Made by a program: the position numbers and the translations under genes. Below, piece by piece: positions 17,063 through 27,345 of a stretch of 64,000 nucleotides of DNA. Position 1 is the first letter of the stretch. Each line of letters opens with the position of its first letter. The notes under the pieces are model-generated. The model was not told the DNA's origin and searched no databases. It saw only the letters and a program-made list of their open reading frames with translations. Source of the stretch: Chitinophagia bacterium (GTDB lineage: Bacteria > Bacteroidota > Bacteroidia > Chitinophagales > Chitinophagaceae); NCBI GenBank assembly GCA_009928005.1, contig RFVO01000001.1, positions 2,708-66,707 of the forward strand, read 5' to 3'.

Positions 17063-18829
17063 ATGAAAAAATTGGTTTTTCTTTTGGTAGGATTTGTACT
17101 TTCTACTGCATTGATGGCTCAAGTAACACCTTCTGCTTTAGCTGAAGGCGTGAAGTTATTGAATTATGAAAAAAACAAATCAGCCCTTAATTTTTTTAAG
17201 GAGGCCTATGACAAAAACCCAGGTGATGGTGAAACCACTTTCTGGTATGGTCAAGCAATCTTAGCACAAAACTACAATGGTATTTCAACTACTGAATCTA
17301 TCCAAAAAGCAAAAGATTTATTCCAAAAAAGTATACAAGCAAAAGGGAATGATCCATGGTTGTTAATAGGTATGTCACATATTCAATCATTAGAAGGTGC
17401 AGATGTAAATGCAGTGAAGCAAAATTTGGAAGTGGCTATAACTTCTACACTTAATACAAAAGGAAAATACAAAGGAAAACCTAATCAAGATATTATTAAT
17501 GCCATTGGATATGTATTTGCTGAATTGCCTATTAGTATTGGAGATCACAGATATGCTATCGATAAATTAAAAGAAACTGTGAGCGCCTATGATATAGTAA
17601 ATCCAAGCTTATATATAAATTTGGGGATTAACTATTTAAAATTAGGGGGTGGTGAAAATGGAGGAGATGCTGTAACTGCTTTTCAAAACGCTATTAATGC
17701 AGATCCTAAAAATGCCTATGCATATTATAGAATTGGTAAAGTGTATCAAACACAAAACAATAAAGAATCTTTAGACGAGTTTTATAATAAAGCTATCGCT
17801 GCTGACCCAGCTATTGCGCCAGTTTATTTTTCTTTATATACTTACTATGCTGAAGTAAGTACAAGTATTGCAAAATCTAATTTGGATTTATTTTTACAAT
17901 ACGCAGATAAGGATCCTATTTTCGAATACTTTAGTGCAGATTATTTATTTAGATCTGGTCAATTCGAACAATCTTTAGAAAAAGCAAAAGCAATGGAGGC
18001 TGCTGGGAGTCTTACTATTTTTCCAGGCTTAGCCGTTTTATTAGCAAAGAATTATGATAAAAAAGGAGATACTGTTTTAGCAAAATCATACATCGAACCT
18101 TATATCACAAATACAACTCCTGATAAATTAATAAATACCGATTATGAATTAGCAGTAAAGATTCTATCTAAATTCAGTGGAAGTCAAGCTTCCTTAGCTG
18201 TAATTTTGGAAAAAGCAATTGCCGCTGATACAAGCAAGGTAAATAAGCTTAAATATTACAAATTAGGCTATGAAATGTTAGAAAAAAATAATATGTATGC
18301 TGATGAATTAAAGTGGTATACGAATTATTCGGCTTTAAGAGGGGTGAAAGATGAAGTATACTATTATAAAACTGCTAGCATTGCAATTAATGCAAAAGAA
18401 GGTGTTTTAGCCTCTACTATTACTAAGGAATATATTGCTAATTTCCCTGATAAACCCAATGGATACTCCATGAATGTGAGGGCTGCTAAATTATTGGACA
18501 CAGCTAACAACCTTGGTATATTATTTGAAGCTGTAAATATCCAAAACGAGTTTTTGTTAAAGGATGTAGCTAAAAACAAGCAGGCCTTGGTGAACAATTA
18601 TTATACCTTAATTGGCTATTATAATGAGACCAAAGGTTATGAAAACGCAGTTTTAATGTGTGATAAAGTACTAGAATTAGTTCCTGAAGATCCTACTACC
18701 CTTCAAGCCAAGGCACAGTTCACAAAGAACATAGAAATTATCAAAAAAATGCAAAATTCTAAGGGTGGTGCACCTGCTCCCCCAGTTCAAAAGCCAGCAG
18801 CTGATACCACTCAAATCAAAAAAGGCTAA
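17063..18829 (+). CDS. secreted tetratricopeptide-repeat protein
   Basis: Signal peptide MKKLVFLLVGFVLSTALMAQ. Repeated A..Y..A/A..P motifs, e.g. AFQNAINADPKNAYAYYRIGKVY. I use the ATG 3 nt inside the GTG start given in the ORF track. Confidence 0.75.
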   Translation: MKKLVFLLVGFVLSTALMAQVTPSALAEGVKLLNYEKNKSALNFFKEAYDKNPGDGETTFWYGQAILAQNYNGISTTESIQKAKDLFQKSIQAKGNDPWLLIGMSHIQSLEGADVNAVKQNLEVAITSTLNTKGKYKGKPNQDIINAIGYVFAELPISIGDHRYAIDKLKETVSAYDIVNPSLYINLGINYLKLGGGENGGDAVTAFQNAINADPKNAYAYYRIGKVYQTQNNKESLDEFYNKAIAADPAIAPVYFSLYTYYAEVSTSIAKSNLDLFLQYADKDPIFEYFSADYLFRSGQFEQSLEKAKAMEAAGSLTIFPGLAVLLAKNYDKKGDTVLAKSYIEPYITNTTPDKLINTDYELAVKILSKFSGSQASLAVILEKAIAADTSKVNKLKYYKLGYEMLEKNNMYADELKWYTNYSALRGVKDEVYYYKTASIAINAKEGVLASTITKEYIANFPDKPNGYSMNVRAAKLLDTANNLGILFEAVNIQNEFLLKDVAKNKQALVNNYYTLIGYYNETKGYENAVLMCDKVLELVPEDPTTLQAKAQFTKNIEIIKKMQNSKGGAPAPPVQKPAADTTQIKKG

Positions 18830-18875
18830 AACGAGCTTTTAAGCACATCTATTGTGTAAAAAATAATTGAAAATT

Positions 18876-18905
18876 ACTCCCCATTTATGGGGAGTTTTTC
18901 GTTTT
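18876..18905 (+). terminator. rho-independent terminator after the TPR gene
   Basis: ACTCCCCA-ttta-TGGGGAGT followed by TTTTTCGTTTT. The ORF-track nuoA start at 18887 lies inside this hairpin. Confidence 0.8.
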
Positions 18906-18922
18906 ATGAGCTATCCTTTGCG

Positions 18923-18930
18923 TATTTTTG
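18923..18930 (+). promoter_or_regulatory. candidate -7 box (TATTTTTG) for the nuo operon
   Basis: Exact TAnnTTTG, located between the terminator and nuoA. Confidence 0.45.
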
Positions 18931-18970
18931 CGGCACCAAAAACTTATGTATGATTCTGTTGCAGTATTGG

Positions 18971-19351
18971 ATGTCTGCGAACGAGACAAACAGCGCTACT
19001 AATTACTTACCCATTGCACTGCAATTATTATTTGCAGGGGGCTTTGTAGCGTTAATGATTTTGATTTCAAGTTGGATGGGACCCAAGCGTGAAACAAGCG
19101 ATAAATTAGAAAACTTTGCGAGTGGTATTGAAACACATGGTGATGCAAGATCGCCAATGGCCATCAAATATTTTCTAGTAGCTATTCTATTTGTTTTATT
19201 TGATGTAGAGGTTATTTTCTTTTATCCATATGCAGTGAATTTTAAAAGTTTAGGTTGGGCTGGATTTGGAGAAGTGATTTTATTTGTAGCCTTTTTTTTG
19301 GTGGGTTTTATATACATCATCAAAAAAGGAGCCTTACAATGGGAAGACTAA
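18971..19351 (+). CDS. nuoA: NADH-quinone oxidoreductase subunit A
   Basis: ND3-like YFLVAILFVLFDVEVIFFYP. I place the start at ATG 18971 (MSANETN...). ATG 18950 is also possible. The ORF-track start at 18887 is rejected. Confidence 0.9.
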   Translation: MSANETNSATNYLPIALQLLFAGGFVALMILISSWMGPKRETSDKLENFASGIETHGDARSPMAIKYFLVAILFVLFDVEVIFFYPYAVNFKSLGWAGFGEVILFVAFFLVGFIYIIKKGALQWED

Positions 19352-19377
19352 TTATAAAATAATAAAGCATAAGTAAT

Positions 19378-19965
19378 ATGCGTCCTGTACGTTTTAATTT
19401 AAATCCTAAAGAAGCTGAAATTTCAGAAGCTATTTCTATGGGCAAAGCACCTGATGGTGTTCCAGGTGATGGCTTTTTTGCAACACAGCTAAGTTCTGTC
19501 GTTGGACTTGCTAGAAAAAATTCTTTATGGCCTTTACCTTTTGCAACTTCTTGTTGTGGTATTGAATTTATGGCTACCATGGCATCGCATTATGATTTAT
19601 CACGTTTTGGTTCAGAGCGTGTAGGTTTTTCACCACGTCAATGCGATTTATTAATGGTCATGGGGACCATTGCAAAAAAAATGGCACCAGTTTTAAGACA
19701 AGTGTATTTACAAATGGCCGAGCCACGTTGGGTAATTGCAGTTGGGGCTTGTGCTTCAAGCGGTGGTATATTTGATACGTATAGTGTATTACAAGGAATA
19801 GATCAAGTGATACCCGTGGATGTATATGTACCAGGTTGCCCTCCTCGTCCAGAAGCGATCATTGATGGTTTTATGAAAATTCAAGACTTAGTTGGACAAG
19901 AAAGTATTCGCAGAAGAAATAGTGAAAAATACCGCGACTTATTAAATAGCTATGGTATTCAATAA
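19378..19965 (+). CDS. nuoB: NADH-quinone oxidoreductase subunit B
   Basis: N2-cluster cysteines in PFATSCCGIEFMA, GACASSGG and PGCPPRPE. An internal Met at 19438 is an alternative start. Confidence 0.95.
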   Translation: MRPVRFNLNPKEAEISEAISMGKAPDGVPGDGFFATQLSSVVGLARKNSLWPLPFATSCCGIEFMATMASHYDLSRFGSERVGFSPRQCDLLMVMGTIAKKMAPVLRQVYLQMAEPRWVIAVGACASSGGIFDTYSVLQGIDQVIPVDVYVPGCPPRPEAIIDGFMKIQDLVGQESIRRRNSEKYRDLLNSYGIQ

Positions 19966-20003
19966 ATCTTATAAAAAATTGAGTTTTAAAATTTTTTTAA
20001 AAA

Positions 20004-20510
20004 ATGGCATTAAGCAACGAGATAATACAAAATAAATTAATTGAAAAATTTGGAGAGCAAGTTTTGAATTTCTCGACGGCTTCTGGTATTTTATCTTTCG
20101 AATCTTCTAAAGAAATCAATTTAAAAGTACTTCAATTTTTATACGAAGAACCAAGTTTGGGCTTTACTTTCTTAACCGATTTATGTGGGGTGAATTATCC
20201 TGATAATATTGGTGCAGAATTAGTGGTGGTATATCATTTACATAATTTTTCAGAAAATATTCGTTTACGTTATTCAATAAGTACGGCTGTGAATGAAACA
20301 GCGGTATTTACAGCAAGTAAATTATTTGAATCGGCTAATTGGATGGAGCGTGAAACCTATGATTTTTTTGGAATTAATTTTGTAGGGCATCCTAATTTAA
20401 AACGCATTTTGAATGTAGATGAAATGGATTATTTTCCTTTAAGAAAACAATATCCTTTAGAAGATCAAACGCGTATTGATAAAGATGATGAAATGTTTGG
20501 AAGAGGGTAA
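20004..20510 (+). CDS. nuoC: NADH-quinone oxidoreductase subunit C
   Basis: NuoC signature ANWMERETYDFFGINFVGHPN. It is a separate gene from nuoD. Confidence 0.93.
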   Translation: MALSNEIIQNKLIEKFGEQVLNFSTASGILSFESSKEINLKVLQFLYEEPSLGFTFLTDLCGVNYPDNIGAELVVVYHLHNFSENIRLRYSISTAVNETAVFTASKLFESANWMERETYDFFGINFVGHPNLKRILNVDEMDYFPLRKQYPLEDQTRIDKDDEMFGRG

Positions 20511-20545
20511 ATCAATTTTAAAGTACAGGCGCAATAAATAATAGA

Positions 20546-21772
20546 ATGGAACATCAAAGTCATATAACACTACCAAAAGGGTCAATTGAAAAAACAACGA
20601 CCACTTTAAATATTGGACCTACCCATCCGGCAACACATGGTGTATTTCAAAATATTATGGAAGTGGATGGGGAGCGTGTGGTATCAACAGAGCAAACAGT
20701 GGGGTATATTCACCGTGCTTTTGAAAAATTAGCAGAGCGCCGTCCTTTATATCAAATCACACCAATTACCGATCGTTTAAATTATTGTAGTAGCCCAATT
20801 AATAATATGGGCTGGCATATTACTTGTGAGCGGTTTTTAAAAATAGAATTGCCAAAGCGTGTCGATTACTTGCGAGTAATTATTATGGAACTAGCGCGTA
20901 TATCAGATCATTTAATTTGTAATTCAATAGTGGGTGTGGATACTGGAGCCTATACCGGTTTTTTATATGTGATGCAATACCGTGAATTAATTTATGAAAT
21001 ATATGAAGAAGTATGTGGGTCCCGTCTTACTACTAATATTGGCCGCATTGGTGGCTTTGAAAGGAATTTTACAAATACAGCGTTTACGAAACTCGAGAAA
21101 TTCTTAAACGAGTATCCAAAAGTTTTAAAAGAATTTGAAAGTTTATTTGCACGTAATAGAATTTTCATGGAACGAACTAAAGGTACAGGAGGCATTAGTG
21201 CTGAGCGTGCTATGAACTATGGTTTCACAGGCCCTAATTTAAGAGCAGCAGGTGTTGACTACGATGTGCGTGTGCAACAAGCTTATAGTAGCTACCAGGA
21301 TTTTGATTTCAAAGTACCCGTGGGTACCACCGGCGATAACTACGACCGTTTCTTAGTGCGTAATGCAGAAATGTATGAAAGCATTTCAATTATAAAGCAA
21401 GCCTACCAAAAAATACAAAACTTTAAAGGAGCAGAGGCAGAAGTTTATCATGCTGATGTACCTGAATACTATTTGCCTAAAAAGGAAGATGTATATACTA
21501 AGATGGAAGCTTTGATTTGGCATTTTAAAATTATTATGGGGGAGATTGATTTACCAAAGGGTCAAATTTATAGTGCAGTAGAAGGAGGTAATGGAGAATT
21601 AGGTTTCTATTTAATTAGCGATGGAGGTCGTACTCCATTTAGACTTCATTTTAGAAGACCTTGTTTTATTTATTACCAAGCCTTTGAAGAATTAATTAAA
21701 GGAGGTATGTTAAGTGATGCTGTGGTAACAATGAGTAGTTTGAATTTGATTGCAGGAGAGTTAGATGCTTAG
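20546..21772 (+). CDS. nuoD: NADH-quinone oxidoreductase subunit D
   Basis: NIGPTHPATHGV and RLHFRRPCF. Length is 408 aa. Confidence 0.96.
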   Translation: MEHQSHITLPKGSIEKTTTTLNIGPTHPATHGVFQNIMEVDGERVVSTEQTVGYIHRAFEKLAERRPLYQITPITDRLNYCSSPINNMGWHITCERFLKIELPKRVDYLRVIIMELARISDHLICNSIVGVDTGAYTGFLYVMQYRELIYEIYEEVCGSRLTTNIGRIGGFERNFTNTAFTKLEKFLNEYPKVLKEFESLFARNRIFMERTKGTGGISAERAMNYGFTGPNLRAAGVDYDVRVQQAYSSYQDFDFKVPVGTTGDNYDRFLVRNAEMYESISIIKQAYQKIQNFKGAEAEVYHADVPEYYLPKKEDVYTKMEALIWHFKIIMGEIDLPKGQIYSAVEGGNGELGFYLISDGGRTPFRLHFRRPCFIYYQAFEELIKGGMLSDAVVTMSSLNLIAGELDA

Positions 21773-21834
21773 CTTTTGGGATGTTTAGTTTTTAGGTAGT
21801 TGAAAAATAATTATTGAGAAAAAGAAATTTGTAT

Positions 21835-22335
21835 ATGAGTCTTCAATTTAATAACGAACAAATGACCGAGTTTAAACGCTTGGTGGCTCGTTATCCAGAA
21901 GGGAAACAAAAAAGCGCACTGCTTCCAGTATTGCACTTAGCACAGGATAGTTTTGGAGGTTGGTTACCTACTGAGGCTATGGATTATGTAGCAAGCTTAT
22001 TGAAAATTGAACCAATTGAAGTATATGAAGTAGCAACTTTTTACAGCATGTATAATTTAAAGCCTGTAGGAAAGTTTGTATTTGAAGTATGTCAAACGGG
22101 TCCTTGTATGGTGAGTGGTTCAGATAACATCATTGCTTATATACAAAAGCAATTAGACATTAAGCCAGGAGAAACCACTAAGGATGGTATGTTTACTTTG
22201 AAGTTGGTAGAATGTTTAGGAGCTTGTGGTTATGCGCCAATGATGCAAGTAGGAAAAATTTATAGAGAGCATTTAACGAAGGATAAAGTGGATGCAATTA
22301 TTGCTGAATATAGAACACAAGCAGCAACAAAATAA
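21835..22335 (+). CDS. nuoE: NADH-quinone oxidoreductase subunit E
   Basis: 2Fe-2S ligands in CQTGPCMVSG and CLGACGYAPMM. I use the ATG at 21835; the ORF-track start is a TTG at 21814. Confidence 0.93.
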   Translation: MSLQFNNEQMTEFKRLVARYPEGKQKSALLPVLHLAQDSFGGWLPTEAMDYVASLLKIEPIEVYEVATFYSMYNLKPVGKFVFEVCQTGPCMVSGSDNIIAYIQKQLDIKPGETTKDGMFTLKLVECLGACGYAPMMQVGKIYREHLTKDKVDAIIAEYRTQAATK

Positions 22336-22380
22336 AAGATAAAGTAGAATTAATAAAGAAGCAACAATAAAGAAGAAGCA

Positions 22381-23733
22381 ATGGGTGTAAAATTATTATT
22401 AGAAAAAGCAAATGTACCAGGAATTCGTACCTATGATGTTTATCGTCGTGAGGGAGGATATGCTGCTGCAGAAAAAGCGTTGAAAGAAATGTCCATTGAA
22501 TCTATTGTAGAAGAAGTAAAGAAAAGCGGACTTCGAGGTAGAGGAGGAGCTGGTTTCCCTGCAGGTATGAAATGGAGTTTTATTGCAAAGCCAGAAGGTG
22601 TGCCACGTCACTTGGTTTGTAATGCAGATGAAAGTGAGCCTGGTACTTTTAAGGACCGTTATTTAATGGAATTCTTACCACATTTATTAATAGAAGGTTT
22701 ACTTATATCATCTTATGCATTAGGATCTAACGATACTTATATATACATAAGAGGTGAGTATGCATGGGTTGCTGATATTTTAGAAGAAGCGATTGTAGAA
22801 GCTACTAAAAATGGTTGGTTAGGAAAAAATATTTTAGGTACTGGATTTGATTGTATGATACATGTGCACCGTGGTGCAGGTGCTTATATCTGTGGAGAAG
22901 AAACTGCTTTAATAGAATCATTGGAAGGTAAAAGAGGAAATCCTCGTATCAAACCTCCCTTTCCTGCCATTCAAGGATTATGGATGCGTCCAACGGTGGT
23001 AAACAATGTAGAAACCTTAGCAGCCGTAGTACCTATTATTAAAATGGGTGGAGAGGAATATGCAAAAATTGGCGTGGGCCGTTCTACAGGTACTAAATTA
23101 ATTTCTGCTTGTGGTAATATTAATAAACCAGGTGTCTATGAAATTGATATGACTATTTCAGTAGAAGACTTTATATACAGCGATGAATATTGTGGAGGTA
23201 TTGCTAATGGCAAAAAATTAAAAGCTTGTATTCCAGGTGGCTCTTCTGTACCCATCTTGCCAGCGAATCTTTTATTAAAAACTGCAAAGGGAGAAACACG
23301 TTACATGAACTATGAAAGTTTAAGCGAAGGTGGTTTTGCTACAGGCTCTATGATGGGCTCTGGTGGTTTTATTATTTTAGATGAAGACCAATGTATTGTA
23401 AAAAATACTTTAACCTTAGCGCGTTTTTATAGACATGAAAGTTGTGGCCAATGTTCACCTTGTAGAGAAGGAACGGGTTGGATGGAAAAAATATTACAAA
23501 AAATAGAATTAGGAAAAGGAGAATCAAGTGATATAGATTTATTGTGGGACATTCAAAGAAAAATAGAGGGCAATACTATTTGTCCTTTAGGAGATGCCGC
23601 AGCTTGGCCCGTAGCAGCTGCTATTAGACATTTCCGTGATGAATTTGAATGGCATATCAACAATAGAGAATTATCACAAACAAGTAATTTTGGTTTACAA
23701 CACTATGCAGACCCTATTCATGTGCCTGCATAA
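22381..23733 (+). CDS. nuoF: NADH-quinone oxidoreductase subunit F
   Basis: GRGGAGFPAGMKW, GAGAYICGEETALIESLEG and ESCGQCSPCREG. Confidence 0.97.
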   Translation: MGVKLLLEKANVPGIRTYDVYRREGGYAAAEKALKEMSIESIVEEVKKSGLRGRGGAGFPAGMKWSFIAKPEGVPRHLVCNADESEPGTFKDRYLMEFLPHLLIEGLLISSYALGSNDTYIYIRGEYAWVADILEEAIVEATKNGWLGKNILGTGFDCMIHVHRGAGAYICGEETALIESLEGKRGNPRIKPPFPAIQGLWMRPTVVNNVETLAAVVPIIKMGGEEYAKIGVGRSTGTKLISACGNINKPGVYEIDMTISVEDFIYSDEYCGGIANGKKLKACIPGGSSVPILPANLLLKTAKGETRYMNYESLSEGGFATGSMMGSGGFIILDEDQCIVKNTLTLARFYRHESCGQCSPCREGTGWMEKILQKIELGKGESSDIDLLWDIQRKIEGNTICPLGDAAAWPVAAAIRHFRDEFEWHINNRELSQTSNFGLQHYADPIHVPA

Positions 23734-23747
23734 CATTGCGTAAAACT

Positions 23748-24872
23748 ATGAGTGAACAAACATTATTTAAAGTAACAGTAGACAACATTACCATTGAAGT
23801 ACCAGCGGGCACTACGATATTGCAAGCGGCACGAAAAATAGGAGGTGCAGTAGCGCCCCCTGCTATGTGTTATTATAGCAAGTTGGAAGGAAGTGGTGGT
23901 AAATGCCGTACTTGTTTAGTTGAAGTATCGAAGGGTTCTGAAAAAGATCCACGCCCCATGCCTAAGTTAGTGGCTTCATGTCGTACCACCGTAATGGATG
24001 GCATGGAAGTAAAAAATATTACTAGTGAAAAAGTCATTGATGCAAGAGCGGGTATTGTTGAGTTTTTATTATTGAATCATCCATTGGATTGTCCTATATG
24101 TGATCAAGCAGGAGAATGTCATTTACAAGATTTAAGTTTCGAACATGGTAAGTCTAGTACTAGATATGAATTCCAAAGACGCACTTTTAAAAAGCACGAT
24201 TTAGGAAAGCATATACAACTTCATATGACGCGTTGCATTTTATGTTATCGTTGTGTGTTTACCGCCGACCAATTAACAAATAAAAGAGAACACGGCATTT
24301 TAGATAGAGGAGATCATGCAGAAATTGCTACGCATATAGAAAAAAGTTTGGACAATGAATTTATCGGTAATGTTATTGATGTATGTCCAGTGGGCGCTTT
24401 AACTGATAAAACTTTCCGTTTTAAAAACAGAGTTTGGTTTTTAAAACCCATGGATGCGCATCGCAATTGTCCAACTTGTTCTGGTAGAGTTACTTTATGG
24501 AATAGAGGAGATGAAGTATTTAGAGTGACAGCACGCAAAGACGAGTGGGGTGAAATTGAAGACACACCAGAAGGTAAGCCAGGATGGATTTGCAATACAT
24601 GTCGTTTTGAAAAAAAACATACTAACGATTGGATCATTGAAGGGCCACGTGAGATAAGCAGGCATTCAGTAATTGCACAAGGCCATTATGCAGGTAATAT
24701 TGGTACCACAAAACCAACTGAAACTTTTAAGGCAGTGAATGATGGAAGAGCGCCACATTTATTAATGGATATTCATAATGAAAGTGAAGTGAACTTACCT
24801 TCTGTTCGTTTAAGTGAAATAGAAGGTCCTTCGCATGGAAATACTTTTAAAAATAAATCTAAAAACGCCTAA
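23748..24872 (+). CDS. nuoG: NADH-quinone oxidoreductase subunit G, short form lacking the molybdopterin-oxidoreductase-like domain
   Basis: 2Fe-2S ligands (CYYS...CRTCLVEV), then HPLDCPICDQAGEC, CILCYRC and CPVGALT. The protein ends at 374 aa with CPTC...CNTC. Confidence 0.9.
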   Translation: MSEQTLFKVTVDNITIEVPAGTTILQAARKIGGAVAPPAMCYYSKLEGSGGKCRTCLVEVSKGSEKDPRPMPKLVASCRTTVMDGMEVKNITSEKVIDARAGIVEFLLLNHPLDCPICDQAGECHLQDLSFEHGKSSTRYEFQRRTFKKHDLGKHIQLHMTRCILCYRCVFTADQLTNKREHGILDRGDHAEIATHIEKSLDNEFIGNVIDVCPVGALTDKTFRFKNRVWFLKPMDAHRNCPTCSGRVTLWNRGDEVFRVTARKDEWGEIEDTPEGKPGWICNTCRFEKKHTNDWIIEGPREISRHSVIAQGHYAGNIGTTKPTETFKAVNDGRAPHLLMDIHNESEVNLPSVRLSEIEGPSHGNTFKNKSKNA

Positions 24873-24882
24873 TACATAAAGT

Positions 24883-25926
24883 ATGACACTACTCGCATTT
24901 GATTGGGCCTTTATTATTGAGAAATTAATTTTGATTATCATTATAGTGCTCACCACTTTATTAATTACTTTATATACCACTTTTGGAGAAAGAAAAGTGG
25001 CAGCTATCTTACAAGACCGACCAGGTCCTAATAGAGCGGGCCCTTTTGGTTTATTACAACCCTTAGCAGATGGTTTGAAATTAATTATGAAAGAAGAAAT
25101 TATTCCAACATCTGCAAGTAAGTGGTTATTTATTTTAGGTCCAGGACTAGCCATGACTGCAAGTTTGATGACTTGCGCTGTTATCCCTTGGAGTACTGAA
25201 ATACATTTATTTGGAAGAGTTATTGCTTTACAAATTGCGGATATTAATATTGGTTTATTATATGTGTTCGCAGTAGTAAGCATGGGCGTTTATGGTATTA
25301 TGATTGGAGGTTGGGCTTCTAACAATAAATTTTCTTTGATGTCTGCACTAAGAGCAGCATCACAAGCTATTAGTTATGAAATTGCAATGGGATTAGCCTT
25401 GATTGCTTTATTAATGTCAACAGGCACCCTTAGTTTAAAAACAATAGTAGCAGATCAAGTCTCAGGCCATTGGTGGAATATAGTTTATCAGCCTTTGGGC
25501 TTTTTAATTTTCTTTATTTGTGCGATGGCAGAATGTAATCGTACTCCTTTTGATTTACCAGAAGCAGAGAATGAATTAAACTTTGGCTATCACCAAGAAT
25601 ATTCTTCCATGAAATTAGGATTCTATTTATTTGCGGAATATGTAAATATGATTATGAGCAGTGCTATTATGGCATCTATGTATTTTGGTGGCTACGATTT
25701 ACCATTCTTTGATGAAAGCACTGTAGCGCCCAATATTGCAGCCATCATTGGTGTTGGCACTTTGCTTATTAAAATTGTACTATTTGTATTTTTATTTATG
25801 TGGATTCGTTGGACGATTCCAAGATTTAGATATGATCAATTAATGAATTTAGGTTGGAAAAAAATGATACCACTTGCTTTACTAAATATGTTAATCACGG
25901 GGGCACTCATTTTATCAAAATTATAA
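24883..25926 (+). CDS. nuoH: NADH-quinone oxidoreductase subunit H
   Basis: ND1 signature RTPFDLPEAENELNFGYHQEYSSMK. Confidence 0.96.
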   Translation: MTLLAFDWAFIIEKLILIIIIVLTTLLITLYTTFGERKVAAILQDRPGPNRAGPFGLLQPLADGLKLIMKEEIIPTSASKWLFILGPGLAMTASLMTCAVIPWSTEIHLFGRVIALQIADINIGLLYVFAVVSMGVYGIMIGGWASNNKFSLMSALRAASQAISYEIAMGLALIALLMSTGTLSLKTIVADQVSGHWWNIVYQPLGFLIFFICAMAECNRTPFDLPEAENELNFGYHQEYSSMKLGFYLFAEYVNMIMSSAIMASMYFGGYDLPFFDESTVAPNIAAIIGVGTLLIKIVLFVFLFMWIRWTIPRFRYDQLMNLGWKKMIPLALLNMLITGALILSKL

Positions 25927-25950
25927 TTAAATAAACGGCACCAATATAAC

Positions 25951-26487
25951 ATGCAAGCATTAACCAATAAATCAATCGCAGTCAATCGCAGTCCCATGAC
26001 AATATGGGAGCGTTTGTATTTGATTAATATTATTAAAGGCATGGCGATCACTTTTAGTCACATGTTTAAAAAGCAACCTACTGTAAGGTATCCTGAACAA
26101 AAAAGAGAGTTTAGTCCTGTGTTTAGGGGCCTACATGTTTTGAATAGAGATGAGCAGGGTCGTGAAAATTGTACTGCTTGTGGTTTGTGTGCAGTGGCAT
26201 GTCCAGCAGAAGCAATCACTATGGAAGCGGCTGAAAGACAAGAAGGAGAAGAGCATTTATATAGAGAAGAAAAATATGCCGCTAAGTATGAAATTAACAT
26301 GCTACGTTGTATTTTTTGCGGACTCTGCGAAGAAGCTTGCCCTAAAGACGCTATTTACTTAAGTGAAACTTTTGCACCAGCCAATTATACTAGAAGAGGA
26401 TTTATTTATGATAAAAACGATTTATTAATTCCTAATACTTTAACCAACGCATCTGAATTGGCTAAAGCAAAAGGAGTAGAAGCTTAG
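25951..26487 (+). CDS. nuoI: NADH-quinone oxidoreductase subunit I
   Basis: Two 4Fe-4S motifs, CTACGLCAVACP and CIFCGLCEEACP. Confidence 0.96.
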   Translation: MQALTNKSIAVNRSPMTIWERLYLINIIKGMAITFSHMFKKQPTVRYPEQKREFSPVFRGLHVLNRDEQGRENCTACGLCAVACPAEAITMEAAERQEGEEHLYREEKYAAKYEINMLRCIFCGLCEEACPKDAIYLSETFAPANYTRRGFIYDKNDLLIPNTLTNASELAKAKGVEA

Positions 26488-26492
26488 AGACT

Positions 26493-26993
26493 ATGAATAC
26501 ACTAGAAATTTTATTTTATGCTTTATCTGCCTTTGCTATTATTAGTGCAACTATGGTATTGATAAGTAAGAATCCAATTCACAGTGTGCTTTGGTTAATT
26601 CTAGTATTTTTTGCCATTTCTGGTCACTATATTTTATTAAATGCTCAATTTTTAGCCATCGTTAATATTATAGTGTATGCAGGCGCCATTATGGTTTTGT
26701 TCTTGTTTGTGATTATGCTTATGAATGTAAAAAAGGACAAAGAACCACAAAAGCAATTATGGGTAAAATTAATTGGAGTGATTGCAGGAGGTAGTTTTTT
26801 AACTTTACTCATTGCGCTTGTAAAACAAAATACTTCCTTTCAAGGAAGAGATGTTTTATTGAAAGAAGGAAGCATAGGACTTATTCATCCATTAGGCCAA
26901 GCATTGTTTACCGACTATGTAGTACCTTTTGAAATAAGTAGTGTTCTTTTCTTAAGTGCCATGGTGGGGGCTGTAATCATTGGTAAAAAATAA
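26493..26993 (+). CDS. nuoJ: NADH-quinone oxidoreductase subunit J
   Basis: ND6-like membrane protein in the conserved operon position, with VYAGAIMVLFLFVIM. Confidence 0.9.
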   Translation: MNTLEILFYALSAFAIISATMVLISKNPIHSVLWLILVFFAISGHYILLNAQFLAIVNIIVYAGAIMVLFLFVIMLMNVKKDKEPQKQLWVKLIGVIAGGSFLTLLIALVKQNTSFQGRDVLLKEGSIGLIHPLGQALFTDYVVPFEISSVLFLSAMVGAVIIGKK

Positions 26994-27005
26994 AAATTTT
27001 GTAAG

Positions 27006-27341
27006 ATGCCTATAGAATATTATATCTTTTTATGTTTAACACTATTTAGTATTGGTGTGATAGGGGTATTAACACGCCGAAATGCGATTGTTGTTTTTAT
27101 GTGTATTGAACTTATGCTCAATGCAGTAAATTTATTATTAGTGGCATTTTCAAAAATGAATTACGGTGCGGCTCAGGTAATGTCCCCTACAACCACTGCA
27201 GGTATTGATGCACAGATATTTGTATTTTTTATTATGGTCGTTGCTGCTGCAGAAGTAAGTATTGGGCTAGCTATTATAGTAATGATGTATCGCAATACGC
27301 ATTCTATAGACATTAATTTCTTAAATAGATTAAAAAACTAA
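27006..27341 (+). CDS. nuoK: NADH-quinone oxidoreductase subunit K
   Basis: ND4L-like [16 protein letters not shown] and [11 protein letters not shown]. Confidence 0.93.
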   Translation: MPIEYYIFLCLTLFSIGVIGVLTRRNAIVVFMCIELMLNAVNLLLVAFSKMNYGAAQVMSPTTTAGIDAQIFVFFIMVVAAAEVSIGLAIIVMMYRNTHSIDINFLNRLKN

Positions 27342-27345
27342 GTCA

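Noticed and set aside
18887-18970. ORF-track N-terminal extensions: nuoA from 18887, rpsP from 7372, rlmN to 13701, the ABC exporter to 59823, nuoE from 21814, nuoG from 23736 and rbfA from 59829
   Set aside because: The nuoA extension starts inside the upstream terminator hairpin and runs through the promoter box. The rlmN and exporter extensions contain their own -7 boxes. The remaining extensions use non-ATG codons a few codons upstream of an ATG that gives the canonical N-terminus.
24810-25283. 157-aa minus-strand ORF across the nuoG/nuoH junction. The same issue applies to 36378-36725, 37193-37594, 44979-45386, 47645-47995, 55404-55766 and the other short antisense ORFs in the track.
   Set aside because: All are embedded antisense in strongly supported genes and show no motifs. 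I treat them as spurious.
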